Program-made: the position numbers and the translations under genes | Shown here: positions 11,231 to 23,974 of the stretch, piece by piece | Numbering within the stretch: the first letter of the stretch is position 1 | How the letters are laid out: every line of letters starts with the position of its first letter | Notes under the pieces: generated by a model | Told to the model about the DNA's origin: nothing | Seen by the model: only the letters and a program-made list of their open reading frames with translations | The model's database searches: none | Assembly (NCBI RefSeq): GCF_006345805.1 | Contig: NC_043011.1 | Coordinates: forward strand, 52,092,464-52,156,463 | Source of the DNA: Octopus sinensis | Taxonomy: Eukaryota | Direction: 5' to 3' | DNA length: 64,000 bases

Positions 11231-11689
11231 CAGGAAACTTGATGGTAAAATCATCTTTTTTTGTCTGCACATGCTTCTTCAGTTAACGTCATCATCACCA
11301 TGAACGTCATTTTAAAGTTCCCTTTTGTGGCATGGTCCCTTCTAATAAAATACCTCACTTTTTACTACAATCCTCTTTCCTCTCTGTTTTGTAGTTCAGT
11401 CTCTTGAGACTAGCTTTCACCATTTCTCATGAATTTGTCAATCAAATTCTTCCACAAGTTCCTTCCACTGGGATTGCTTAGCACTTCTTTACTCAACTGA
11501 CATCCTTTATATGCATCATATATCCATACTGTGCAGCTTTTCGCTTGCACACAGCATCTAATTCCTCCCATCCCTAGAGTTAATCTCATCTCATTTGTTC
11601 TTTGTCACACACACACACGTACGTATGTATGTATGTATGTATGTATGTATGAGAGCGTATGTGTATGTATCCTTTACTTGTATCCCATG

Positions 11690-12270
11690 CTGGGATACTG
11701 CCTTGAAAAATATTTTGTAGTCAAATGTATTGATGCCAGTACTTATTTTTGTTTTTAACCCTGGTACTTTTTCCATGAATTTCTTTTACTGAATTGCTAA
11801 GTTATGGGACATAAACACACCAACACTGGTTGTCAAGTGGTGGTGGGAGACAAACACACCACACACACACACTTATATATGTACACATATGTATATACGA
11901 CAGGTTTCTTTCAGTTTTTGTCTACCAAATCCACTCACAAGGCTTTTATCAGTTTGAGGCTATAATAAAAGACACTTGCCCAAGGTTCCATGCAGTGGGA
12001 CTGAACCCAGAACCATGTGGTTGGGAAATAGGCTTCTTATTTCTTTACTGCTCACAAGGGGCTACATACAGAGGAGACAAACAAAGACGGACAAATGGAT
12101 TAAGTCGATTATATCACCCCAGTGCATAACTGGTACTTATTTAATCAACCCCCAAAAGGATGAAAGGTAAAGTCGACCTCAGCTGAATTTGAACTCAGAA
12201 CGTAGCGGCAGACGAAACGCTGCTAAGCATTTCGCCCGGCATGCTAACGATTCTGCCAGCTCGCCGCCTT
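11690..12270 (-). mobile_element. Adjacent SINE family A (11690-12032) and SINE family B (12036-12270)
   Basis: Family A motifs, then family B (minus-strand head aaggcggcgagctggcagaatcgttagc...gagttcaaattc). Confidence 0.82.
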
Positions 12271-13027
12271 TCATACCACACAGCCATGCCTACGCCTATA
12301 TGTATTTATGTGCCTGTACATGTTTATTTGAAGATTTTGCTTAGGCCTAGCAATACTAATAACCTAGTGTCAGCACTCAATATACATATGCTTCAGAATA
12401 ACGTGTCAGGTGAGTACAGAGCATAATATGAAATTAGATAAATGACAAGAGATCAGGAATTGCATAATGAACTTCATTAGCTTACAGATGTTTCTGTAAT
12501 AAGATTCAGTGTACTCAGAGCCAAGTGCTTGTGCATCATCTTATATGTAGTTAGAGAGAGAGAGAGAGAGAGAGAGAAACAGACAGACAGTTAGACATAG
12601 AGACTGACAGATACACATACATAGACAGACAGACAGACAGATAGAGTCACAGACACAAATATTCAGATAGATAGATAGATGTTGGGCTTTATTGATATAT
12701 TACAATATTTAAAGATTTTGGTATTGTTGCATAGGCTGAAGCTGTCTTAAATTGTATAATAGGCACCTGGGTCTATAAGCCATGGTGAGGGTGGTCCTAC
12801 ACAACAAAATCATATAAAAATTTGCATTGAGCTCCTTCCTTGATCAGTGGTGCCTCTGGACAACTATTTAGTGTGTCTGTGCATTAGAATAGCACCAAGT
12901 GAAACATTTTTAATCATGGGTTTACTGAATTAGCAACAACCTGGGACTGAAGAACATGAATGTGACAGCAGCAGTGGAATTGAACTCCTGATGTATGAGT
13001 TGGTGGAGACAAAGAAAGTTTGAATGG

Positions 13028-13076
<49 letters not shown>

Positions 13077-13244
13077 ATAGTGTTGAGTATGAGTGAAATA
13101 AATTGAAAGAATGAAAGAAGAGTGGAAGTGAGAGAGGCAGAAGAAAAAGACAGATTGATAGATAGGTAGGCAGACAGACTAGATAAGATATATATATAGA
13201 AAGATACAAGGTGGTATCAAAAAATTTCCCAAACTAATTCTGTA

Positions 13245-13543
13245 GTGTGTGGAGGCACATGGTCTAGTGGTTAGAGCAGCAGACTCGCGGTCGAGGGATC
13301 GTGCGTTTGAATCTCAGACTGGGCGATGTGTGTGTTTATGAGCGAAACACTTAAGCTCCTTGAGGCTCCGGCAGAAGGTAATGGTGAACTTCTGCTGACT
13401 CTTTCGCCACAACTTTCTCTCACTCTTTCCTCTTGCAGCTCACCTGTAACAGACTGGCGTCCCATCCAGGTGGGGAACCTACATGCCAAGGAAACCAGGA
13501 AACCGGCCCTAATGAGTCAGGTGTGGCTCGAGAAGGAACAAAC
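13245..13543 (+). mobile_element. tRNA-headed SINE (family D) inserted in the mariner 5' end
   Basis: Head ggcacatggtctagtggttagagcagcagactcgcggtcgagggatcgtgcgtttgaatctc; 9-bp TSD aattctgta (13236-13244, 13544-13552). Confidence 0.88.
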
Positions 13544-13922
13544 AATTCTGTACTGCACCAACTGATTGCAGCAACCATTTGCATGTGCAGGGAGAGGTAG
13601 CAGGGACCTTCATGAGGCAGTGTGCCGAGGGACATCACTGTGTTTACTTTGCAAGTAGTGAAATTTGTGTCTCTGAGATCACATGTATGATGTAGTCTGC
13701 AATTTTGTTATGGACAGAAACAAAGAGCCAACGTGAAATTTTGCCTTAAACTTGGGAAGTCTGCTACAGAGAGACATTGAGCATGCTTCAGCAAGCTTAT
13801 GGCAATGAGGTAATGGGTTGTACACAATGTTTCAAGTGGTGCAGGCACTTCAAAAGTGGAAGAACATCTCTGGAAAATGATGAGCGATCTAGAAGATCTG
13901 CCACAAGTGTTACCCTTGGAAA

Positions 13923-14592
13923 TGTGGTATTGTGCATTAAGAATTTGTCTCCCAGGTCCAAACCATCAATAGTGGTATTGTGCATTAAGAATTTGTCTCC
14001 CAGGGCCAAACCATCAATAGTGGTATTGTGCATTAAGAATTTGTCTCCCAGGGCCAAACCATCAATAGTGGTATTGTGCATTAAGAATTTGTCTCCCAGG
14101 GCCAAACCATCAATAGTGGTATTGTGCATTAAGAATTGTCTCCCAGGGCCAAACCATCATAGTGGTATTGTGCATTAAGAATTTGTCTCCCAGGGCCAAA
14201 CCATCAATAGTGGTATTGTGCATTAAGAATTTGTCTCCCAGGGCCAAACCATCAATAGTGGTATTGTGCATTAAGAATTTGTCTCCCAGGGCCAAACCAT
14301 CAATAGTGGTATTGTGCATTAAGAATTTGTCTCCCAGGGCCAAACCATCAATAGTGGTATTGTGCATTAAGAATTTGTCTCCCAGGGCCAAACCATCAAT
14401 AGTGGTATTGTGCATTAAGAATTTGTCTCCCAGGGCCAAACCATCAATAGTGGTATTGTGCATTAAGAATTTGTCTCCCAGGGCCAAACCATCAATAGTG
14501 GTATTGTGCATTAAGAATTTGTCTCCCAGGGCCAAACCATCAATAGTGGTATTGTGCATTAAGAATTTGTCTCCCAGGGCCAAACCATCAAT
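13923..14592 (+). repeat. 48-bp tandem minisatellite, 14 copies, derived from transposase coding sequence
   Basis: Unit agtggtattgtgcattaagaatttgtctcccagggccaaaccatcaat. Only unit 1 (substitution) and unit 5 (two 1-bp deletions, 46 bp) differ. There are no spacers. Confidence 0.97.
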
Positions 14593-15035
14593 TGAGAGTT
14601 CTACTGTGACGTTTTGAAGTGTTTGAAGGGAGACATTCGGTGAAAGTGACCAGATCTGTGGAGCACAAAGAATTGGATCTTTCATGATGACAATGCACCC
14701 TGTCACTGAATTCTCCTTGCTCATGCCATCATTCTGCACCCGTCGTATTCGTCAGCCCCTGTGGACTTCCATCTCTTCCCCAAGACGAAAATGCAGCTCA
14801 AAGATTGCTGTTTTAACACTGTTGTTGTAATCTAGAGTGAATTGCAGAAGGTCTTTGACTGACTTGCTGATGGAAAACGACTTCCAAGCTGGATTCCAAA
14901 AGTGGCAGGAATGCTGGGACCACAGCGTTGCTGTGCAAGGTAACTATTTTGAAGGAGGTGATATTAAAACTTCGGTAAATAAGTTATCTTTTATTAAGCA
15001 TAACTATTCCTGGAACTTTTTGATAGCACCCTGTA

Positions 15036-15290
15036 GATAAATAGAGATAGATAGATAAATAGACAGTCAGACAGATAGATAGATAAACAGATGGACAGAC
15101 AAAGATAGATAGATAGATAGATATAGATAGATAGATAGATAGACAGATAGCTAATCAAAGACAGATATATAGACGGATAGGGAAGGTAGACACAGATAGG
15201 CTGATAGCAGACAGATAGGTCGGCTGATTGATAGATAGGAAGATACATAAATAGATAGACTGATAGATAGAGAGACAGACAGATAGATAG

Positions 15291-15366
<76 letters not shown>

Positions 15367-15430
15367 ACAGACAGATAGTTGGAAATAGAGACAGATACAC
15401 AGAGACAGATAGATAGCGTCACAGACACAA

Positions 15431-15461
<31 letters not shown>

Positions 15462-15482
15462 GAGAGAGACAGACAGAGATAA

Positions 15483-15519
<37 letters not shown>

Positions 15520-15548
15520 CAGACAGACTGACAAACAGGCATAGAGAC

Positions 15549-15605
<57 letters not shown>

Positions 15606-15612
15606 TTAGGAA
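15036..15612. repeat. Compound (GATA)/(GACA)/(TA)/(GA) microsatellite field
   Basis: Read directly from the sequence. Confidence 0.95.
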
Positions 15613-16099
15613 TAATAAACGAAATACTGAGGTAAAGAAATATGTTGGGAATTCTATGTATAAGTTAAGACAGAAAGACAAAGAGAGAGACTGGGATATA
15701 AGAATGGCGTAGTTAAGCGTGAAGGAAAAGAGAGAGAGAGAGAGAGAACGTGTAAGACAGTTAGAGAAAGAGAAACAATGACAACCGGAGAAGAAAAAAG
15801 AAAGCGAGTGTGGAGGGTAAATGTGAGGGACATGAATAAAGAGGAAAAAAGTGTAAATAGGAAAAGAAAGAGTATAGGGTAGGGAAACAGAAAAGGTGAA
15901 AGAGTAAAAACCAACGACAGAGAAAGAAAGGAGAGAGAGAGAGAGAGAGCAAAAGATGTAAAGAAAGACAAAATGAGACAAAGAATAAATGTATATACGT
16001 GAAAGATAGACAGAAGGTGTGTGTGTGTGTGATTCACACACACACTCACGCTTTCATATACCCGCATATAATCACACACATGCACAAACCCGTGTGAAA

Positions 16100-16831
16100 T
16101 GCACCTTTCTTCGCTTCTTGTTACTCTATCATCATCCTCTTACTATTACTCTATTGTAGCTGTTATTATCTTATTCTTGTGTATCAGCTTCGTGCTCAAC
16201 TTTCCCCTCCTCCTTCCTTATTCGTCCGAGTCACCGCGAGCAACAGCAGCAGTAGTATCGACAATTGCCCCCCACCACCACCACCTGTCTGAACCGAGTA
16301 CTGTGGATTTAGTGTGGCGGAGCCGAATCAGCCTACAGGCGCTACCATGACGGACAGCGACACAAATCGTAAACTCTTGCTGACAATAACTGCAACAACA
16401 CCATTATAAGTATTAGCCATATATACATATACCATTTACCAAATACAAGCTAATATACTACAAAGCAGTGGACTGTGATTACAATAATATAAGGGGGGAA
16501 AAAATAAGGGGAACCACCTCCTTAAAAAAAACTTCGACTATATGTCTATGCAGACACAAACTGTGTATATTACACAAATACATAGAAAGAGATATCGTGA
16601 GGTAGGAAGTTGTTGCTCAGTAGGAAGAAAAAGTTTAGGGAAAATTATTTAAATAAATACACACACACACATACACTCATACACAGACCAAGGACGTGAA
16701 AATACGTGGATAATCACCGGGAAAAAAATACTTACAGCACACTTAACCTCTTGGAGAGCTGATTGAATTACCCATTATTGTCGTCTACCTTTGTTTGAAT
16801 TTCTCATCCATGACATACACCCACTAACCGG

Positions 16832-16893
<62 letters not shown>

Positions 16894-16953
16894 TATATAT
16901 ATATAAAAGCGAGAGAAAGAAGCAACAGTATAAACACACGGAAAAACACCCGA

Positions 16954-16993
<40 letters not shown>

Positions 16994-17171
16994 GAAAGTT
17001 TAATGCAGTAACATTTACTAGCCGTGTGTGTGTGTCTCTCTCTCTCTCACGCACATCCAGAGCTCTCTTTCTCTCTGTACTTAGTCTCCGTTGCTTTAAA
17101 TAGTATTAGTAGTAATATTACTGTTATTACTGTCACTAACTAGTTATTTCTATGTTGAAAAGATAGCAGCA
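16100..17171 (+). promoter_or_regulatory. Probable promoter/5'UTR region of the FERM gene; possible upstream UTR exon with an acceptor at 17083-17084
   Basis: CpG-enriched unique sequence downstream of a GA-rich tract. Polypyrimidine tract ctctctttctctctgtacttAG precedes 17085, and a possible donor GAG|GTAGGA lies near 16600. Confidence 0.45.
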
Positions 17172-17330
17172 ATGTCGGCATTCTTTCGTCTTTTAACGGG
17201 TAGGAGACGTACCCGACCCGGTGGAGGTAATACCACGACCGATGGAGGACAGGTGGCTGGTCGCAAGAAAAATCAGCTCTCGTGTAACGTCGTTCTTCTG
17301 GATGGCACTGTTTATACTGTTGACATAAGT
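17172..17330 (+). CDS. EPB41L5: First coding exon of a FERM-domain (band 4.1 superfamily) protein, Yurt/EPB41L5(-L4B)-like; 53 aa, phase-0 intron follows
   Basis: Translates as MSAFFRLLTGRRRTRPGGGNTTTDGGQVAGRKKNQLSCNVVLLDGTVYTVDIS, followed by a canonical AGT|GTAAGT donor at 17331. The N-terminus (FFR..GRR) and the FERM-N start C.V.LLDGT...VD.S resemble EPB41L5 MLSFFRRTLGRR...ITCRVSLLDGTDVSVDLP, recalled from memory. Choice among band 4.1 paralogues is tentative. Confidence 0.85.
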
Positions 17331-19697
17331 GTAAGTTTTCTTTATATGTACGAATATATATATATATATATAAATGTGTTTGTGTATAACTTTCCTTTGT
17401 AGTTTGTCAAGCACATCGAGTCTGCAGATTCGGTTTCGATTCCTGATTGTCGTAATTTCATTTTTACCTCTACTGCCAAAAAAAAAAAAAAAAAAAAGCA
17501 AGAAAAAGCCCCTTATCCCTCCCTTTCTCCATTTCTCTGCCTATATATAAACTGGAGATTAGTATTCGCTGCTCCGTCGGGGTAACGGCAACGTTCTGAA
17601 GCTCCTCTAAAATGCTTTTTTCCCCCCTCTAAATTTTATCAGTTTAATCATAAGCTACAGCTTAAAAAACGTGTCTCTGCCCTTTTTTAAATCCATTTAA
17701 AAAAAAACGTGTAAACAAAGTCAGGAAGGGACACCAAGCTGTAGTTGTATCAAAGATACACGGCTTTTTGTGAGAAAAATATTTCGTACACAAATCAATG
17801 AACCACTTAACCTTTTTTACCCTGCATCGATAAATACCTGTAATATACCAGTATCAATCTCACCGAGATGAGTTTTCCCCTTACATTGACCAATAAATCT
17901 TCACAATTGTTTTTGTTATTATTGTACTTTAGTAAGAAATCGTTTGTTGCATTACTTTTATAACTATCTATTGATCTTGGTTACTAAGGATTATGTCACA
18001 TCGATGAAGCCATGTTACTAGGGACTCGAGTCGGGCAAGTCAAGTTGTCTCATTGCTGAATCATACCGATCGATTCAAGAGATCGATATAACAGAAAAGT
18101 GGGCTTACGTTACGTTACATGGGTTAATGTCATCTCTGTCACAATATCCAATGCTTTTGTCACTTGTGGCTCTGTTGCATTAACTGCAGCAGTCATATTA
18201 AGCTGTGTCAACTGCTAACAGTCACTTACATCCAACATATAAATACACATTCATACATGAAAAGCGTACACACCTATGACACACACATGTCCTATATGAA
18301 AGGATTTAACATTGATTTGTAGTTAAAAACTTGAGAAGACATATAGGTCATTCATTCTCTCTTTCTAAAGTTGTTAAATATATGTGTGTGTGGTATAAAA
18401 TATATATTGTTTGCTTGTACGTAAAGTTAAGTATAAAAACAGCTGAACATTAAATTGAAGGCTCACCCAATACATTCTAGTAGATTACCATATTTATTAA
18501 TTTTTACAAAGAAAAGGTTGACAGTGACTTAGTGGTTACAGCTTACTAGCCTTCACTAGACAGTTTGGTCAACCTTTTCTCTGTGTGTGTGTGTGTGTTA
18601 TGAAACAAATACGTAGACACGTAGTCGCATCATAAAATCAAACACGAATAGACTCACACACCTGAGTCATCCACTTCATTTAGGTGTGTTCTATGTTAAT
18701 ATGTACACTTGTATATTATACTTGATAAAATAAGACTGAATTAATACGCCCCATTTCATGTGTACAACTTCATATACATGGGCCCTGCTCAATACTTTTA
18801 CTTAGGATCTCACTGCAAATCAGTTTGTCCCACCTTTAAATTGCTGCCCATAAAAACCATGATTTAGTCTGACCAAAATCCTAGTGTTTACTTTCATATT
18901 ATGTGCGTTGAAGATATTGTTTAGCTCTAGGTCAGTCCTGATCGAGCAGACCTCTGTCAAAAGACATTCCAACTGCGACCACCCCATCTTTCTCTGACCT
19001 CATTATCCAGTGTAGTCTTTAAAATAATAGAGTTGGATTTGAGTTAGAGTTAGTTGCTATTTCTAAAAGCTTCAGCGTCCACTTACAGGTTCCCGCGATT
19101 GGTTTGTATGTATTTGAGATGTAATTTAATCCTAGATCTGCTGATCTGTTTATGTGAACATATATTTACTTTGTTTTCTGTATCTGTGCAGTAACGTCTT
19201 AAGGCCTGGACACACTGGGCCGTTGCCCGAGGGTCTCACAGATCGAGGGGACCAACTCTGAACCCTGTTTGCTGGACAAGCTATCAATAAATACTATAGG
19301 GCCAAGTGCATTAATTTGCGTGGGGGCTTAAGACAGCCTTGCGTGTGTTTTGTGACAACTAATATAATAGTCAACAAGTTTCAACAGTTCACTTCATATA
19401 CGTAGTATGTCTGGTGTATTAGATAACAGTTGCCCAGTAACAACTGTGTGTGTGAGTGAGGTAGGCTTTCGGTTTTGTGGTTACGAAATGAAAGTGGGGA
19501 AATTTTCGTAAGCAGTCAGTATTAAAATTGAAATTAAAAAAAAAAAATCCTGTCCTTCTCGGAAATCATAACCACTGCATTTCTAAACGTGATATTATTT
19601 ACCCCCACCCCACGATCTACAGAAAATATTCGAAAAAATTTAAAGCAATTTGGAGTTGGGTTGGGTTGGAAAATTTGAAAAGCTGTATTTGCGCGCA

Positions 19698-19730
<33 letters not shown>

Positions 19731-20190
19731 TCTCTTCCACATACACATTCTCTCTCTCTCTCTCACGCATACACATACATTTTATGCCCTGAAGAAGAAA
19801 AACGTTTTAGTTTGACCCTTTGTCGCTGAGACAATGTCAACGACGAAGTGCTCCGACCCAAACTTTGTAAAATTTCCCGGATTCTACAGTAACACACACA
19901 CACGCGTGTGCGTGTGTCTATGTCTACGAGCTTTTCCAGAATCTGTGTTTATACTTATGTATATATATACATACGTCTTTATACTTACATAAATAATGTA
20001 TGCATGTGAGTGTTATACTATACACACACACTTTCTTTGATTTTTTTTTTTACGTCATCTTCGTCTTATGATCCTTATTTCTCCTGTTAATCATTGCCGT
20101 TCTAAAAACCCACCGACACCACATAACACATACGTGCTGTCCCATACATAAAGCAGACGTCAAAAACCTGACTTGAAGGACATACATGAT

Positions 20191-20222
<32 letters not shown>

Positions 20223-22524
20223 GTCAATGTATCATATTACATCGACAGAAAGTTACAAAAGTGGCTCAAAGACCGCGAGTTTCTTTGTACATGTGCGTGT
20301 GTGCTCGTACACACACACACACACATCTTTCTTTAAAAATTGCCATGGATTTCATAACTGGACCAGCCAAGTGGTAACCGAACGAAAGCTGTATATAAAA
20401 GAAATCCACTTTTAAATCAATCCTTAATATACACGCTGAAGGCAGTGCATTATTGATAGTGTTAAAACAATATATATACACACCATCAAAATAGCGTAGA
20501 AAATGAGAGAAATGAAAATTTTCATGTTTGAAGAAGAAACATAAGGGGTGGGCCCCGTTAACCTAGTAAGTAGTAAATAAATGTTGACACAGATATGAAT
20601 GAAGGCGGTGCTTCAGCATGGCTTCTTCAACCGTGTTGAGTTAAAGAATACAGATATGTATGCATGTATTGCGATACAAACTTACATACAGACTTATGTA
20701 CACTGTTTGGTCATGAACTATTAATAGTTGATAAGTACCGTTGATATCCGATGAGGCCTTGCCTGGCCGTCGTAATAGCAACCAAATTTTCTCAAACCAC
20801 ACAGTACCACCTTAAAATAAGATCACATAAAACAACGTTCTCTTAGTTAGACTGAGAAAAGGAGATAGTCAAGATCGGAATGGTGTTGATCCGAGGTCCA
20901 TAGTTTTGTTCGATCACAGTTGATCCAGTGTGTTAAACGCAAAGACGAGCCAACGAAATTACTTTTGCGCAGTCGTTTAACTGACCAGAAATGACAGCTA
21001 AATCTTACTCAAATCAACACCTCGCTGATTTATAAAGGGATTTATAGGTTAATATTGTCAGGGATACATTGTTCTTGAGGTTATATGAGGTCACCCCAGT
21101 TTGTATATGAAGGAAGGCGTGTGTGTGTGTGTCAGTCGTTGCAAGAGGGAGGGGAAGACTATCATCAGAGGATTCAGCCCCACCTCCGTCTTCATCTCAT
21201 GAGCCTTATTTCTCCTGTTAAATAATCGTTGCACTCTAAAAACCCACCACCACCTAATGCATACATGTTGTCCCATACGCAAAGCAGACGTCAAAAACCT
21301 GACTTGAAGGACACACGTGTGTGTGTGTATCTATTTATCTATATCTCGTCAATGTTTCGTATATACGACAATGAAGCACACTCTAAAACAGTGCGGTAAT
21401 GTATTAAAAGTAATTAAGTTTATATCCGGTCATAGAGTGACCAGTTATTTCGTATCCACAAAGGCCTTAAAATTTGCAGTCGTCTGCAAGGCTAAGTCCT
21501 TTGTGGATGCGGAATCATTGGTCACTCTATGGCCGGACATAAACTTAATTACTTTTAAGCGAGTTTTAAGAAATTCGACACGTGTCTTTATTATTATTTT
21601 TCATCACCCTGTTCGACCCAGGGCTTGTAAGTAAAACTGTCCACCTGTAAACTACGTCGAATGGATTTTAATTCTAAGTACCGACCTTTTCATACAATGA
21701 GTGTCGAAGTTTCTGTCATAGGAAAACATTTAAACCCGCCATATCAGGCCTGTAACGATACAGGCCCAGGCATTCTACTTGTATTATACTGAAACCAGCC
21801 AGATCTGGTCTCTCACACGTACCCTTCTATGTCACTCTACAAATGACGTCACACCATTGAAATCTCGAAGCTAATAGATAAATGCATGATTAATTCAAAA
21901 CAATGGGAATGAATTAACAAATTTTGACAGTAATCTAAATGCTGAAGAGTTAAAGGTACACGACGCGTGAAACACTCGTTTACTCGACAATTCATTGATT
22001 AGGTATTTCAGTAGATCGATCAACTACTCGTCGAAACCAACGGAAATCCATTTACTTATTTATTTATTCATTTATTTTCGCATATATGTCATTGCTAGTC
22101 TAGACATTCCTGATAAATATTTGTTCTTAAATAGGTGGTAGGTAGGTAGTTGTGGTATTAAGGTTGAGGTGAGCTGCAGTGATTGTTCCCTGGGCACCCC
22201 TCCGCACATGACTTCTTGTTATCTTGCCTGTTTATATATATTAGGCTACTTACCTACTTCTCCAGATTTACTTTTCTGTAGCTCACTTGCTAGCTAGCTA
22301 CATTTACCTTGTTACCTTGTCATCTTCGTTGCTATCCGTCCATCTATCTGTCTGTTTATTTGTTAGCTAACTAGCTAAATTGTTTGCAAGTTAGTTGGTT
22401 GCTTTTGCTACCTGTCAACTCTCTGGAGTTGCTTTCCTAGACCAATGATTTTCAAACTTTTCGATTTAGGACACACCATCTGCTTTAAAAATCTTTTTAG
22501 TGCGCGCGCGCACATATGTGTGTA

Positions 22525-22584
<60 letters not shown>

Positions 22585-22591
<7 letters not shown>

Positions 22592-22870
22592 GTGAAAATG
22601 TCTGTCTGTGTGGATTCCTAAAACTTGAGAACTACACAACCGATTTCATTGAAATTTTACACATCCTTTACTTAGGGTCCATGCAGTGTCATGGGCCCCA
22701 AAAATTTTCAACTCCTTGTCTAATGCGAGCCCAGAGCAATCTCTTGTCTCTTACTCTATTTCAGTATTACGTGTCAAAAGTGAAACAATAACATCACTAT
22801 TGTAATGTGAGATACTTTCAGTTTAATAGTTTTACTATTAATACTGAAACTATTAAAGTGAAACTATTAT
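22585..22870 (+). mobile_element. Probable Helitron/DINE-like fragment
   Basis: tatataaaggtgaaaatgtctgtctgtgtgg...ccgatttcattgaaatttt, a DINE-1-like architecture. Confidence 0.4.
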
Positions 22871-23179
22871 CTCCCATATATACACATATATACATGTATG
22901 TATACATACATACATATGTATGTATGTATGTAGGTTGAAGGTTGAAAAGGAACACATGAGTTGATATATATATGGAAAAAAAGTCAAGGTAGAAAATGCT
23001 AAAATAATTTTATAAAAAACATTTCAGCACCAGTTTCAGTCATTGAGACTTTTTCAACTGTAAGTATGGAAAACAATTAAATTTTGGAAAAATTAAATGA
23101 AACACTGATTTAACCTAAATTTGAGACACCAGCAAAAGAAGAAATATAGATTTTTTTTTAATTCCAGGATAAACGATTT

Positions 23180-23365
23180 TACAAATGCACGTTCCCACGG
23201 CTTTATCGATTGCATTCTCACCTGGAATCGATTTTTGTAATTTTTTCAAGACTTATACTCACCCTGATACCGTTGGTAAATATATCAAATTTGAGCGCAA
23301 TGGGATGGAGGATGCCCAAGATCCTAGAAGACACACACACACAGACAGAATGGATTTTATATTAT
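23180..23365 (-). mobile_element. Helitron/DINE-like 5' segment (family H2)
   Basis: Reverse complement matches 46397-46584; contains an internal (TG)n. Confidence 0.65.
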
Positions 23366-23382
23366 ATATATATATATATATA

Positions 23383-23730
23383 TAGGTGCAGGTGTTGCTG
23401 TGTGGTAAGAAACTTGGTTCCAAAACACAACCGCATGGTCCTGGGTTCAGTCCTACTATGTGGTAACTTGGCATGTGTCCTGTGAGTGTATTTGGTAGAC
23501 AGAAACTGAAAGAAATCCATCTTATATATATATGTATATATGTAAGTGTATGTGTATGTTTGTATTTCTCCCTCATCACTGCTTGACAACTGGTGTAGGT
23601 TTATTTACATCCCCATAACTTACTGGTTTGACAAGAAGAGACCGATAGAGTAAGTACCAGGCTTATCAAAATATAAAAAAAGCACTGGGGTCGATTCATT
23701 CGACAAAAAATTCTTCAAGGCAGTGTCTCA
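23383..23730 (+). mobile_element. SINE family A, diverged
   Basis: taggtgcaggtgttgctgtgtggtaagaaacttg...gggttcagtcc head and taagtaccagg motif. Confidence 0.78.
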
Positions 23731-23788
23731 TATTTTTGTTTGCTAAAAATATTATTGATAGATACTTGATTGTATCTATCAATCTTTC

Positions 23789-23826
<38 letters not shown>

Positions 23827-23865
23827 TCACACACACACACACATACATATACACATGTATGTATA

Positions 23866-23920
<55 letters not shown>

Positions 23921-23974
23921 AAGCCTAGGGAGAGGGGTAATGCTGTATGTTTCATACAATTTCATGGACCAAAA

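Larger units (their letters stand above)
13207..15033 (+). mobile_element. Defective mariner transposon with internal deletion, nested SINE and internal minisatellite
   Basis: TIRs caaggtggtatcaaaaaatttcc / ggaactttttgatagcaccctg with TA on both sides. Transposase remnants include QRANVKFCLKLGKSATE.LSMLQQAYG, EFYCDVLKCLKGDIR*K*PDLWSTKNWIFHDDNAPCH, HPSYS..APVDFHLFPK and ENDFQAGFQKWQECWDHSVAVQGNYFEG. Confidence 0.93.

Noticed and set aside
13923-14592. CRISPR-like array
   Set aside because: Units are contiguous with no unique spacers, the context is eukaryotic, and the unit is mariner coding sequence.
13777-14739. Long repeat ORFs (133, 110, 209 and 151 aa) as genes
   Set aside because: They are alternative frames of the 48-bp tandem array inside a dead transposon; no evidence of expression.
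15151-16085. 296-aa and overlapping minus-strand ORFs
   Set aside because: Translations of (TCTA)/(TC)n low-complexity tracts.
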